From assembly GCA_051047955.1 (NCBI GenBank), contig JBPGPT010000019.1, positions 248,001-312,000 of the forward strand: a stretch of 64,000 bases of DNA, given 5' to 3'. The position numbers and the translations under genes are program-made. The DNA comes from Cystobasidiomycetes sp. EMM_F5. Taxonomy: Eukaryota. Positions 49,282-61,567 of the stretch are shown piece by piece; position 1 is the stretch's first letter, and every line of letters begins with the position of its first letter. The notes beneath the pieces were generated by a model that was given only the letters and a program-made list of their open reading frames with translations, did no database searches and was not told where the DNA came from.

Positions 49282-50197
49282 ATGCCACCACCCGGTCATT
49301 CCAACCGCAACACACTGAGTGTATTCAACGTTCAGAGCAACGTTCAGAGGGTAAACTTGAACTGGCTGGGCTCTGTGGCAGACTTGAGTAGCCGTGGGCA
49401 GGGGCAGCGCACTCGTAAGTGCTTTTCGCGTTGTACGATGGCAACAAGGTATTTGATTAAATTTGGAACCCGTGCAGAGCAACGTCCAAATCTTCCTGCA
49501 GGAGGCAACAATGGCCGTGGGCGTCGACGTGGACGTGGTAACTGCGGCCTTGGAAATAATAACGGACAACAACGTCGCGGGTCAGATGCGGCATCAATTG
49601 CGCCATCAAACGCCTCTTCCAATCACACTCAAGCTTCCGGAGGTGCAGGGGCTGCAGCTGATCGCCCTCCGTCGCGAAATGTCAGTCCTGGCGGCGGTCG
49701 TCCACTGCCGACTTCAGGCCCTAGCGTCATCCAACCGTTTGCGACAGGCCAGAGACCTACTACCGCTGAACATGTAGGCGTGCATGGTGAGCCGATGACA
49801 TCAAGTGCTTTTGCATGTCCTCACTCCATCTTGCAGTGCCATCTGACCTCAGTCGCATGCCAATTCTGGACGAGGGTTTGTCTACCGCACATTCATCGCG
49901 GAGATCTTCTGTTGCGTCCAGTACTACCGTCCGTGAGTGCAAGCTGTCATCGATGACCTCGTTAGACACGTTAAGCTAACATCTTGTCTCAAGGCGCCAA
50001 CACTACCAACGAACATCCCGGTGAGCTTGGCATCGGAACTGGTCTTACTAGCAAATAACAACTAACAATTGCGCCTAGGTAACCTCCTGCAAGGAATTAC
50101 AGGCGCCGCCAGCAGTCTTGTGCAGGGCTACAAAAACGGTTTCGCCGCAGGTAATCGTGGAGATCCCCGCTTCCGATTTCTCGGCGGCGGATGTTAA
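49282..50197 (+). CDS. Orphan disordered protein, tandem-array gene E (shorter, more divergent)
   Basis: Exon 1 LSVFNVQSNVQRVNLNWLG; RG/NG-rich exon 2 with QRRGS; SRRSSVASS; phase-consistent introns; last exon GNLLQGITGAASSLVQGY...FLGGGC*. Confidence 0.65.
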
Positions 50198-50463
50198 GCT
50201 GGGCACGAGATGTGAGTCAAGGCCAACTGCTACCATAATGGTTAGTCGGCAAAAGAGTTCTGCCAGCCCGGACTGCCTTTCAAGTAGCTGTTGTGGCTTT
50301 ATCAAAACCCACAACCCCAATGATTTCAAGCACTGTGTATTCTGAAACGGTTGCGGGGGCAGACGGATATCAGGCATGCTTTTCGCGACACATCATTCTT
50401 TCGCATGCTCTACTCTACTGATTGACAATGTGAGCCATCGCGACGCCGCTACACAAGGCTGAT

Positions 50464-53146
50464 TTACGACGACAAGAAGCTCTCAATGTGATCTTGTGCG
50501 ACCTTCTTCATGCGCGCTTCCAACTCTTTCGAGGTAGCACCCTTGCTGATCTCCTTCAACAAGTCAGTCTGCGACGATCGGAGGTGGGAGTGGAATGCCT
50601 TCTCCCAGGCAAGGATCTGCCAATGAGAAATGAGAATCAGTCTCAGAGTCACCAAAGGACCACTGTGCAGTATAGACTTACCTTGTCGACTGGAATCTTG
50701 TCCAGCAGACCATTGACACCGCTGAATCCATTAAGTTGAACAATCAGCTCATCAGTCTAATGCAGACAACGGCGCAAACATACGCAGAGATGGTAGGAGC
50801 CATGACCTCGAAGCTCTGAGGTTGGTATTGCGGCTGCTTGAGCAATTCTACGAGACGGGAACCACGGGCGAGCAGCTGCAACAGATCTGTATTAGCGAGG
50901 ACCATAGCGCTGAGTGCGTGCAGAGGTAGCTTACGTATCGGGTAGACGCATCGAGATCGGAACCGAACTGAGCAAAGGCGGCGACATCACGGTACTGGGC
51001 AAGGTAGAGTTTCAGGGAACCAGATACGGCTTTCATGACCTGAAAGAATAGGCAAGCAAATCAGCCCTGTTCCACTTGGCATACGAGGCCATATCGTCTC
51101 ACCTTGTACTGAGCAGCGGAACCGACACGGGATACAGACAGACCGACATTGATGGCTGGACGGACACCCTTGAAAAAGAGTTCGGCTTCCAAAAAGATCT
51201 GACCGTCTGTGATTGAAATGACATTGGTGGGAATATAGGCAGACACATCACCACCCTGGGTCTCAATGACTGGGAGAGCAGTGAGGGATCCTCCACCGTG
51301 AGCGTCATTCATCTTTGCAGCACGCTCGAGCAGACGAGAGTGGAGGTAGAAGACGTCTCCCGGGTAAGCCTCACGACCAGGAGGACGACGGAGCAGGAGC
51401 GACATTTGACGGTATGCGACAGCCTGCTTGGACAGATCGTCGTAAATGATGAGGGCGTGCTTGCCATTGTCGCGGAACCACTCTCCCATGGCGGTACCAG
51501 AGAAGGGAGCGAGGTATTGAAGTGGGGCCGCTTCGGAAGCGGTAGCGGCAACGACAATGCAGTACTTCATGGCATCATTCTCCTCGAGCGTCTGCACGAG
51601 CTGGGCGACGGTAGATCGCTTTTGACCAACGGCGACGTAGATGCAGTAGAGCTTCTGCGCCTCGTTGGTGCCATTGTTCCATTGCTTTTGGTTCAACATG
51701 GTATCGAGAGCGACGGCAGTCTTTCCGGTTTGACGATCACCGATGATGAGTTCTCGCTGTCCTCGTCCAATCGGTACCATTGCGTCGACGGCCTTGAGAC
51801 CAGTCATCATTGGCTGCGGAGAATGTCAATTCGTTAAATGTGAAGGAGAAGAGGTAGTCTGCAATGTCACCCACCTGATTTACGGATCGTCGGGGCAGTA
51901 CACCTGGCGCCTTGAGGGTCGTACGTCTGCGCTCTGTAGTCTTGACTGGGCCCTTGCCGTCGACTGCAAACTTGGCGTAAACATGCTATCTTCGATGGGG
52001 TAGCAATCTTGAAACACGTACTTGGGTTACCCAGAGCATCAACAACACGTCCGAGCATCTCTGGTCCAACTGGGACATCGATAACCTGGCCGGTACGCTT
52101 GACAGTGTCGCCTTCCTTGATTGTTCGATCGGACGCGAAGATGGTGATACCGACCTGCGCGTGGACATGCATTAGCAGGTTGCAAGACCGCGTTTGGTGC
52201 AATGCTCACGTTATCGGCCTCCAAATTCAAGCACTGTAGTACTTATGTTAGTCGGTGCACGTCCTTGCGGTGTACGAGGCTACTGACCATGCCGCGTACG
52301 CCAGACTGGAATTCCACCATCTCCTCGGCTTGCACATTTCGGAGACCGTAGACACTAATGAGTGAGAAAGTAAAGGTATGTGTGAGCGGGAATGCACACA
52401 CGACCGTGCATCGTCAGGCACTACCCACCGTGCGATACCATCACCAATAGTCAAGACCTGCCATGTTTGTCAACATCAACATCTAGACAACCAGCACTAC
52501 TGCTCGACGACAGTAATGTATACCTTTCCAGTCTCGGCCATGTCAATGTCGGATGAAGAGTTTGAGATGCGGGATTCGAGGATTGAGGCGACCTCGGAAG
52601 CGGCTGCGAGTAGTGAGTGTCAGTACGCTTCGAGCTGCAAGAGTCGCACGGGGCGCATCCACGACGTCCACACTGCCATGCTCGCTGTGTAGTGTCCGCT
52701 GCTGTCCAGTCTTTTCAACACGACCATCTCCGATCAGATCTCGCTGGGAGGGGATGGAAGTGAGACGGCGAGCGAGAGACGGCAGCAACGAGGACAGCGA
52801 GCAGTCGCAATGCCGTGGATGGCTCTGCGGTAATTCATCAGTCAACACCCACCCGGCTTTGCGGTTGCATAGCTTCTTTTGGCAGAGACTGCGACTGGAA
52901 ACGAAACATGAGTTTTCCTGCTCAGCCGTGGACACCAAACCGGACGGCGGTCGGAGCTGGCTCACTGCGAGCGCTGCGGGACAGAGCTGGTGCAGCTTGA
53001 CGGCGCAGCTGTTGTCGAAGTCGCAATCGTTGGATGGGCGTCGTCGGTGGTTCTTTGCTTCAGCCTTCAATTCAATTCATTTCCCAGCAAAGTCGCAGAC
53101 CCACCACGCTCGAGGCCGTGCGGCTGATTGCCCTGGCCGACATCAT
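50464..53146 (-). CDS. ATP1: Mitochondrial F1Fo ATP synthase subunit alpha, multi-exon
   Basis: Presequence [99 protein letters not shown]. Confidence 0.99.
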
Positions 53147-53696
53147 CGTTGGCAGTGTGGGTGTGTGTTGTGTCCTTGGGGTTGCGCTGAGCCTCGCTGC
53201 GTCCTCGTCAAAAGGGTCGGAAGGAGAAGACCGGGAGGGAGAGTGGGCAAATCGGACAGGGCCAAGTTTCCCCGCTCAGGAAATGGCAAACGAGACGGCA
53301 ACGACGATAGAGGGAACTACTGACTGCTGATGATGACACCCTCCTCCGCACTCGCTTCCCCCTCCGATTTTCAGATTCGTCGTAGCGTGATTATTGGCTG
53401 ACATGCTCGATACAGATATCCAGAGCACCCTCATGAGACTCCTCACATACCCATCGATGGTAATTTACAATCATCGCAAATTATGTTACATTGTGCGTAG
53501 AGTCAAGTGCGCCATATCGTCTCTTTTTACAACATTGATGATGCGATTTTGCAAGCATGCCATTATGCCTCGACATTCCGCGCTGGCTGAGTGCGTGTCT
53601 CGAATGCGCCAATCCTTCCAGGGATAGCTGTCGCATTCATTTTCATGTTTTGACATCGACTTTTGCGAGGCAGTATCTGACCCCGGATCAGAGCGG

Positions 53697-55706
53697 CTAA
53701 TCGCTGGTAGACCTCCTCACGGCTCCACTAAAATATGCTGCCAGGCTGCTGAGGAGACACATACCGCCAGTATAAATGATCAGTGGACCCTAGAATGTGA
53801 AGATGAGCTTATAAACGATGTTCAGGCATTCAACTGAGCACTAATACATACATACGATTCGACTCCGTATGCAAAATGGGCTCCTCTGAATCCTGGAGAG
53901 GATAAAAGATAGTCGGAGACCGGTCCGCTGACGATGTTTCCCACACCAGTAGCACAGAAAAAGGTAAAGAGGAGTGTAGAGCTTGCTGAGGTTCCTGCAT
54001 GTGCATCGACATCGAGTAATGCCGTTACAATGCGGGGCCATAGAGATGGGAATCTGTAGGCATGCAGGCTGTGAGACCGATCCTGGAATACCCGCCCAGT
54101 GCTGGCACTCACCCAAGTCCAAAAAAGCCAAATATGACCGAGAAAAGGAAGAGTAAGGGTGCATGTACCGCAAAACCCCACACCAGTAGTACGGAAAGAC
54201 TTGCTGCCATTGTTGCAACCGCCGTAATGATCCGCACGGGCCATCGATCTGCTAGAGCACCTAGAACAATCATACCGAGTGCGGACGTTCCTGCGGAGAT
54301 GGTGTTTGTGACAGTCACGACATGCATGGCGCTCTGTTTTGGCGTACCATTGAGAATAGAGACTAATCCAGTGCCATAGCTTTCGCTCAGATTCAGATAG
54401 CTTACGTAGGATGGTAGAGCGATATTCGGTAGAATGCTTGCTAATGCCATAGCTAGGACTGCTACAGTATATAATAAAATAGCTTTGCTGGTGAAGAATT
54501 TTACTGCGTTCTGTCTGTCCTTGCCATGGCGGTCGTGTTGACGGTATTTATGTGCGGGTGCTGTTGGGGGAATGCGTTCGCGGACAAAATATACTGCAAT
54601 CGTAGTTGGTACAATATAGGCGACTCCCTATTGATATAGCATCAGCCAGCCCGCAACGCTCTGCCGGACGGCCGGGTATATGACAACCTACCACGCCTGT
54701 CATTGCAACGCGCCAGCCGTATCTTTCGAACAGGCTTTGTAGAAGAAAAGGAAACACTGCACCTCCAATACCTGCTGATCACTCCTGAGTACTTCAATCT
54801 GCTTACTTATAAAGCTTGCGAACGGACCTCCAGAGCTATAAGCTACTCCGGCAGCTAACCCTCTCCTCTTAGCAAACCACTGGAATAACAAGCTACCGGC
54901 TGAATGTGAAATCGCAATAAGCACTCATTGCGATGGCTGCAAACGACAGTACGAGACGTACTTGGTAAATATAGGAGAGCTGCACCAAAAGGCCACACGA
55001 CAGCGATAGTAAGCAGTAGGATAATTGGCGATGTAGCGAATGCAGAAGAGATTAGACCAGCGCTCGCAATAACTGCTCCGAGATATTGAAAGGTAGCTCT
55101 GCGCTGCGGAAAGAGCTGAAAGAGTGGATGCACGACGAGGCAGGCGATAAAGCTGTTGCAGGAGAGGTCAGTGAGTTGGCAAATCTTCAGCTACTGTAGG
55201 TCCCTTTTCGGCTCGGCAAAAAGTGGGACTTGCAGGCAGCCTGTCATCAAAGTGCTAGCTTGAGCTAGTATCACCTTGGAACCGTTCGGGAAGAGTTTTG
55301 ATATCCAGTGTGCATGCATTACGCCAGTCGAATACGCCAAGCCAAAAGTCAGGAATCTGTCAGATCCAGATGGAGCTCATAACTTAGTTGACAGTAGTAC
55401 GTATTTCGGATTCGAAGTAGCTCACTCGACGACGAAAGCGCTTGCCAGAAATATCCAAGCATACCCAGTATCAGGTGGCAGTATGCTAATTGCTCTTCCT
55501 GAAGAGCTTTGCGTGATGCTGATGCTCCGAGTCTCGGTAGTTTCGGCAGCATCGATGTCCAGCTCGCTCATGAATTGCAGCTGCATTGGGAATTCTTCTG
55601 CAAACGGCTTCGCACCCTGCAGCAGCGACTCATCATTGGAAATGTTCTTGAATATACCCGCAGCCTCAAGACTCTGCAATTCATCGCCGCTGAGTGGATG
55701 ATGCAT
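53697..55706 (-). CDS. MFS transporter, monocarboxylate (MCH-like) family, multi-exon
   Basis: LPPDTGYAWIFLASAFVVE, GLISSAFAT, LLFQWFAKRRGLAAGVAYS, LQSLFERYGWR, GMIVLGALADRW, GVGNIVSGPVS. Confidence 0.9.
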
Positions 55707-55749
55707 TTGATACTGGCAGACTCGCGCTGAGCAGGGTTCAGTACAGAAA

Positions 55750-55900
55750 TAGTCGGTGTTGCCGGTTGTCGGCTCAGGCAGGCTCAGGCAAGCTTAGCCG
55801 ACAGGAATTGCAAGCTTAGCCGACACCATGCCTAGCCGACGTCGTGACATAGCCAAGTAAAAAAACCTCGCGGACTCAGTCCGACGGCGGCCGACGAGCG
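55750..55900. promoter_or_regulatory. Cluster of CCGAC/GTCGG motifs including a direct repeat GCAAGCTTAGCCGACA upstream of the MFS gene
   Basis: About seven CCGAC cores in either orientation in 150 nt; two perfect copies of GCAAGCTTAGCCGACA. Confidence 0.5.
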
Positions 55901-56567
55901 GACCCGTCCGAAGGTATATGGCTATCTGGATCCACGGCTAGTCGGTCAATCTCTTCTCGGGAATGGCTCCACGTTGCATTACAGTAGCCAATTCCCCGAG
56001 TGAGGAGACAGACTCCTGTAGCTCATTCAGCCTCGAACTCTTAGTAAGCGAAATCTTCATTTCTCCACCTATCCATGTTACAGAAGAAGAAGGGACTAAT
56101 GAATGAAGAAACCGTCTATTGGCCCTACGAGCAGCAGAACATTAGTTCCGTCTTCTCCGCTTGGTCTAGGCATCGACTTTGATAAACGTGTGGAGAAAGT
56201 CTATCGGATCTGGAGAAGGAGCGTAGCGAAGGAGCTCTGCGATCTAATGTCTATCATTTCAATGCCTTTGAAACGACAAGACCTATCTATGTGATGAAAC
56301 TGGTAAAAACGGTCGGGCCCTGTCAATTTCCCAAAATCCTGTCGAGAACCCGTTGATTTACAAACTTATCGGACATTACTGACCCCTGACCATGCCCATT
56401 CGCACCCTGTCATCCTTGTGAAAATATGCAAAATGAACGCGACATCGATGATAATTTAAATTTGCGGTCCCATTGCTCGCACTTCAGCACAAACTCCGTT
56501 CAATACCCTTTTCCAATCCGCCGAATGATATGTTGACAGACGGCAGGTATTCACCAAATTACTGGAA

Positions 56568-59443
56568 TTAGAACAAGATTTTGAGAACCTTGCGTGCCAT
56601 GGCCTGGTACTTCCCATCATTATCAATCTTGCTGTAGTCGAAATGCTCTGTGAACTGATCTTGGCGTTAGCGCTGATCCTGCTCGACCTCACTTGAACCT
56701 ACTTGAGCATCATTGATATGTGTAGTCACGTCCATATTCTCGGCTGTCCATATCTTAGTCTTGTGGTATACTTTCCATCCACCATAGAGTATCACGAAGA
56801 TGATGGGAGCGCCGTACCCGAAGAAGAAATTGGGCGTTGACCACATATCCTTCAGGAATACGCTGGAATGGGATTATCAGCGTGGCTTGAAGAGTGTAAG
56901 CGTAATGACGTACTAGTACGATTGTAGCAGCAGGACTATGAAAGCACTGATAAGCGCATACCATGCTGCATATGGCGCAATTTTTGACTGTTGATTAGTA
57001 TGATCAGCGGTGTTCCCGGCCGTCTTCGCCGATAGGTACTGATACTCACTCGTGTAGGCAAAGTGTCTCTCGAGATTCCCTGTTTCCTGATTGCTTTGTT
57101 CCAGCGTATCCAAGTCCCTGCCATGAGCATCCAGGTAACGAGTTGTGCCGTGCCAACGAGCCCAGCAAGGTAGGAGATCACGATCTGAGCAGACGACGAC
57201 ATTTGCAGGTACGCTAGCAGACTTAATGCGCAGCACACCAGTACCGCTATCCAGGGCACGCCCCGCCTGTGATAGTCATTGGCATCGGCTTTCTGCGAAG
57301 AAACCTGAAGTGCAATTCTCTCACTTGTTGCGTATACCAAGTTGTTTAGGTGCTTGACCGTCACGCGCCATCTGTGCAAGTACGCGACTTGCACAGAACA
57401 GGTACGCATTCCCAGAGGAGTAGATGGACGTAAGAATGAGAGCATTGACCAAATCAGGCAGGAAAGGTATTTGAAGCCTGAATGCTTTATAATCAGTACA
57501 AATTGTCTCGCTAGACGGCATCTCACTGATCAAGATAGCCTACCTATTCATGGCGATGATGTATGGCGAGCTTGCACCACCTGGCGATCCGGCCGCCTGC
57601 CTCGCCAGTAGCTCGGGATCATTGTACGGGACCAGAACCCCCATTGCCAGAGCGCCGCCTTTGGATGGAAGAGCGTCAGTTGTTTGTCGATGACACCTAT
57701 GCATGCATATGGCTACCGATAAAAAATATAATCAAGCGGATGATAGTAGCGTTGAAAGCCCTGAGTTTGAGCGATAGATCTTAGCCGAGGCTCTCGTGCT
57801 ACGAACTCGCAAAGCCAATACCTTGGCATAGTCTTTCTTGGGTTGCGAGCTTCTCCTGCCAACATGGAAAGATAATCTGGGCCAGCTACCACGACGCGGG
57901 CATTGAAGACAGCAGCTAGGAACCCTTCGAAGAGAGCGAAGCTTCTTGGCTCATGATTAGGGTATGGTGCAGTCACTAATAGAGGCAATCGGTGAGCTAT
58001 CGAGCCTAATGTCGAGCATGGAAGACGTACTTGGTCCTGGGTCTTGCCTAGAGTGCGTAAAGGGGAGAAGCAACATTAGCGCATTTGACTATCTCCGTGA
58101 TGAACCGCCCGTACCAGTATCTAAAGCCAAAGCGGTCATGTAGAGGATTGCCTCCAAGCATTGCGACCACAGTGAAGAACAAGAGGCCGACAACTAAATG
58201 TAAAATCATTGACCGGGTCAGTGATGAAATATATCACGGAAGGTGTAGACAAACTGAGGAAAATTTTTCCAGAAGCAACAAAGGCCTCAGCGCTTGCATA
58301 ATACTGTAAGGGTCGGTACGCCAGTAAGCACCACGCAAAAACTCCGGCTGGCTCTGAAGACAGCCGGCTTTTGACCGACCTTTGCACTCCAGATGTTGAG
58401 TATAAAGTATGAAAACAGAATGGGCGTGATTATGGCTGCCGGATTAACGCCAACTGCACTTGACCAGTAGGTTGTTACGTAGCCAAACGCTGCGACCTCG
58501 AAGATAACCAGAGCGATGCAGGAAATGAAGAAAAGATAGCCTGGCAGATTTGCGTCAGCCTTCGAACTCCTGGGCTGGTAGCTTGCCATCTACCTGTGGC
58601 AAAGCCAGCGGCTGGATCGAGGTAGCGGGCCGCAAATCTGGAAAATCTATATCAAGAGAGCGAATTAGTACCAGAATGTGAGGTTCCGAGCTGTCTTGCG
58701 CCATACGCAGTGTCTGTCGGCCAGTAACTATCGTTGTGAACGTCAACGCCAGCGAATCGTAACGGCTCCCTAGAGCACTCACGCTACCAATTCCTTTTGA
58801 ACTTCCGCAACTAGGCAAGAATCGACGGTGAGCAAGAGCCAGGCCCACACATGGCAAAACTCGCTCACCACACCAGATGACTGAACACCAATACAGATAA
58901 CCGAGGAACAGGTTGAGTGGGCCCCCGGAAGTCAACGCATAGCCCATATAAACTTGATTGGGGGACTTGGGTCAGCCCGCGTCGTCTGGTGGAAACGCCG
59001 GAACGGCCGTCGTAGCTCACTATACAGGACGGTGCCAATAGTACCCTGCGCGCAAATTGTCAGTGGATGACTGCGGGGAAGCTGCGGGGAAACTTGTATC
59101 ACGTACCCCAATGGCGATGAGCTGGAGAGTTTGTTTTATTCAGAAAATTCTTCGGGCGCAACATGGATGATAAAGATAATTACATTCACATGATAAGACT
59201 CTGTCGAGTGCGTAAATGTTAGTATCAGGCGTCTTGTTCGAGCGAGGAGCACATCAGTCTGCACTGACCAAAGTGTCGATGCTGCGGAGTTGTAGTCGCA
59301 AAGAAGGCGTTGTCTTGCTGCTGTTCCAGAGTAAAGCTCTCTGGCTTGCCGGGCGTCTCTCCCTGAAGTTGGGGAACCTCGGCGACCGCCCACTCGTCTT
59401 CGTAACTGTCAGTCTTGCGATATTCTTCTGGTACGGATCCCAT
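56568..59443 (-). CDS. Amino acid permease (APC/YAT family), many short exons
   Basis: QLIAIG/GTIGT, GYALTSGGPLNLFLGY, YASAEAFVASGK, AGPDYLSMLAGEARNPRKTMP, LVNALILTSIYSSGNAYLFCASRVL, GVPWIAV, GGWKVYHKTK. Confidence 0.93.
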
Positions 59444-59569
59444 TGTCTTTGCGGATAACGTGAGGTAGAGACGAATAAAGAAGGTGAAGGATCCAGTTCT
59501 TCGTACGCGTTATTGCTGATCAAACGTTACCGGTGTGCAGGAGCCGGACCCGCTTCCGCCGAAGACACA

Positions 59570-59591
59570 GATAAGGAGATAAGGCGATAAG
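59570..59591. promoter_or_regulatory. Three tandem GATAAG sites (GATA-factor/nitrogen catabolite repression-type) in a divergent promoter
   Basis: GATAAGgaGATAAGgcGATAAG with 8-bp periodicity, between permease ATG (59443) and monooxygenase ATG (59788). Confidence 0.7.
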
Positions 59592-59787
59592 CCCGATGAG
59601 CTCGGAGTTGACGGCCGGTTCTGCGGCCGCGACTACGACGGACCCGAAATTGCGGAGTCTCCGGCAATTAACGGTCAGGAGTCCGGCGAGCACAAACGAG
59701 TAGGCATTGCTCCATTTCGACCTGTTGCTTGTTCAGCATCGCGTAGTGATAGGCAGCAAGTGCACCGATCTCCCGCAATTTGCAATC

Positions 59788-61567
59788 ATGGCCGCCCAAA
59801 AGACGAACGGAGTAAACGGCACTTCATGGCGACCGCTGAAGGTCGGTATCATTGGTGGTGGGATTGGCGGACTTTCTGCCGCTATCTCGTTGAGACGGCA
59901 AGGCCACCACGTCTCCGTCTATGAGAAGCGAGACTTCGATCTGGAAGTCGGTGCCAGTCTCTCGGTCGCTGCAAGTATGCAAAATACGGTCTACAATTGG
60001 GCAGCTTTGCAGCGATAGGAGCTTACTACTATCTTACAGACGGTGCGCACTGGTTGAGAAGATGGGGCGTCAATACGGATCTCGGTCGTCCTGGCAAGTG
60101 ACGCGTGTACCCTCAGATTGTATCTACCGTTCCTGACAAATCTTTTAGTAACCCTGACCAGCCTGCGTATGCGCGACTACCGCACTGGCGAGATAATATC
60201 CACGTATCCATTGGACGATTACGAACAAAAGTGGGGCATCGATTATCGTAGTAAGTCTGCTCAATCTTCATGTTCGGGTAACGGGTGTTGAAGCCTTCCA
60301 CAGTGTATCATCGCGTCGATAGTGAGTTGCAGACTGAAAGATAGGCCTGACAAAGCAGCAGCTCACGTCACTTGGCAGTGCACAGGATGTTACTCCAAAC
60401 CGCTCTTGACCAGGCCGGTCCTGGTGAGCCAGTAAAGCTCGTTACCAACCATCCTGCGACATCCGTAGACTGCGAACGCGGCATCATCACCTTCGAGGAC
60501 GGTTCCACCGTGCAGGTCGATTTGCTCATCGGAGCCGATGGCGTAAACGTTAGTGTGAAATCTGCTTGCGCCTCACGCGAACTTCCTGACTCGGTCGCCT
60601 TCGTGAGCAGTCCTATACCAGACAAGCCATCGGAGTCGAGACGAAGAAGAAGCCGGCTGACGTTGCATGCTATCGCTGCAACATTGAGACTGAAAAGGTC
60701 AAGGAATTAGGATTGGTGAACTTTGCAGGGTCAGTAGCCTATCTACACAAGTGCAGCTGTGCCAAATCAAGCCTTGTCTTACAAGCACTGATTGATACAG
60801 GGACCAAGCCATCGATTATTGGGGTGGATTCGAAGCCGAAGGTCTCCACAAGTACTTGAAGCTTGTCGTCTGTCCATGCAAGGGTGGCGAGCTTCTGTCC
60901 TTCTATATCTTCTTTCCTGCCGAATGGTCCAATCACCACAAGGAGGGATTCGTTGTGCAGGAAGTTTCCCACGAGGAGCTGCTAGCCCCGTACAAGGACC
61001 TGGACCCGAAGATCTACGCACATTTAGCCAATTCAATCGATCGGATGCGTAAGTGAATAGTGAAGCCGTCGCCATATGCGGTAGTTGACGATAGTATCCT
61101 TCTACAGCATGGCGATTCTGGATTCATGAGCCCTACTCTCATTGGACGAAAGGCAGAACTCTCATCATGGGTGACGCTGCACACCCGATGCTTCCAAATC
61201 AGTCCCAAGGCGCATGCTCTGCTATAGAGGATGCAGGGGCGTTGGGCATTATATTCTCGCCAAAGTATAACTATACCAACGACATTGAAGCAGGAGTCAA
61301 GCTTTACGAGCAAGTGCGAAAGGAGAGAGCCACCAAGATTCAAGCTTCTTCCATTCGTGCAACCGAAAGTAAGCGTACATCACTAACAGAATGGCCCGTC
61401 GAAGTGACCAACCTTATTTCCAATCAGATCTCAATGAAAGGCTTGGATTCACCTCGCTTGCAGAGTCTGCAGCGCGTACCGACTACAAGGGTCACAAGCT
61501 CACGATTGAAGAGGTGAATGGATACGACATGGCTGCGCACATTCAGGAAGTGGTCGCCGCTGCTTAG
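59788..61567 (+). CDS. FAD-dependent monooxygenase (salicylate hydroxylase-like, group A), multi-exon
   Basis: KVGIIGGGIGGLSAAISLRRQGH (GxGxxG), DLLIGADGV (DG), IMGDAAHPMLPNQSQGACSAIEDAGAL (GD motif). Confidence 0.93.

Noticed and set aside
49463..49777. Alternative-frame ORF (VQSNVQIFLQ...) in gene E
   Set aside because: Donor phase at 49415 selects the other frame, which carries the family-typical RRGS/RG composition; the NVQ echo probably reflects a small local duplication
39737..50197. Array repeats as a CRISPR array, transposon or LTRs
   Set aside because: Eukaryotic spliced genes; repeats are degenerate, about 2.3 kb apart, with no spacers, terminal inverted repeats or transposase/RT ORF
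52553..53323. 256-aa + strand ORF
   Set aside because: Overlaps the ATP1 5' exons and introns on the opposite strand; GC-rich shadow ORF
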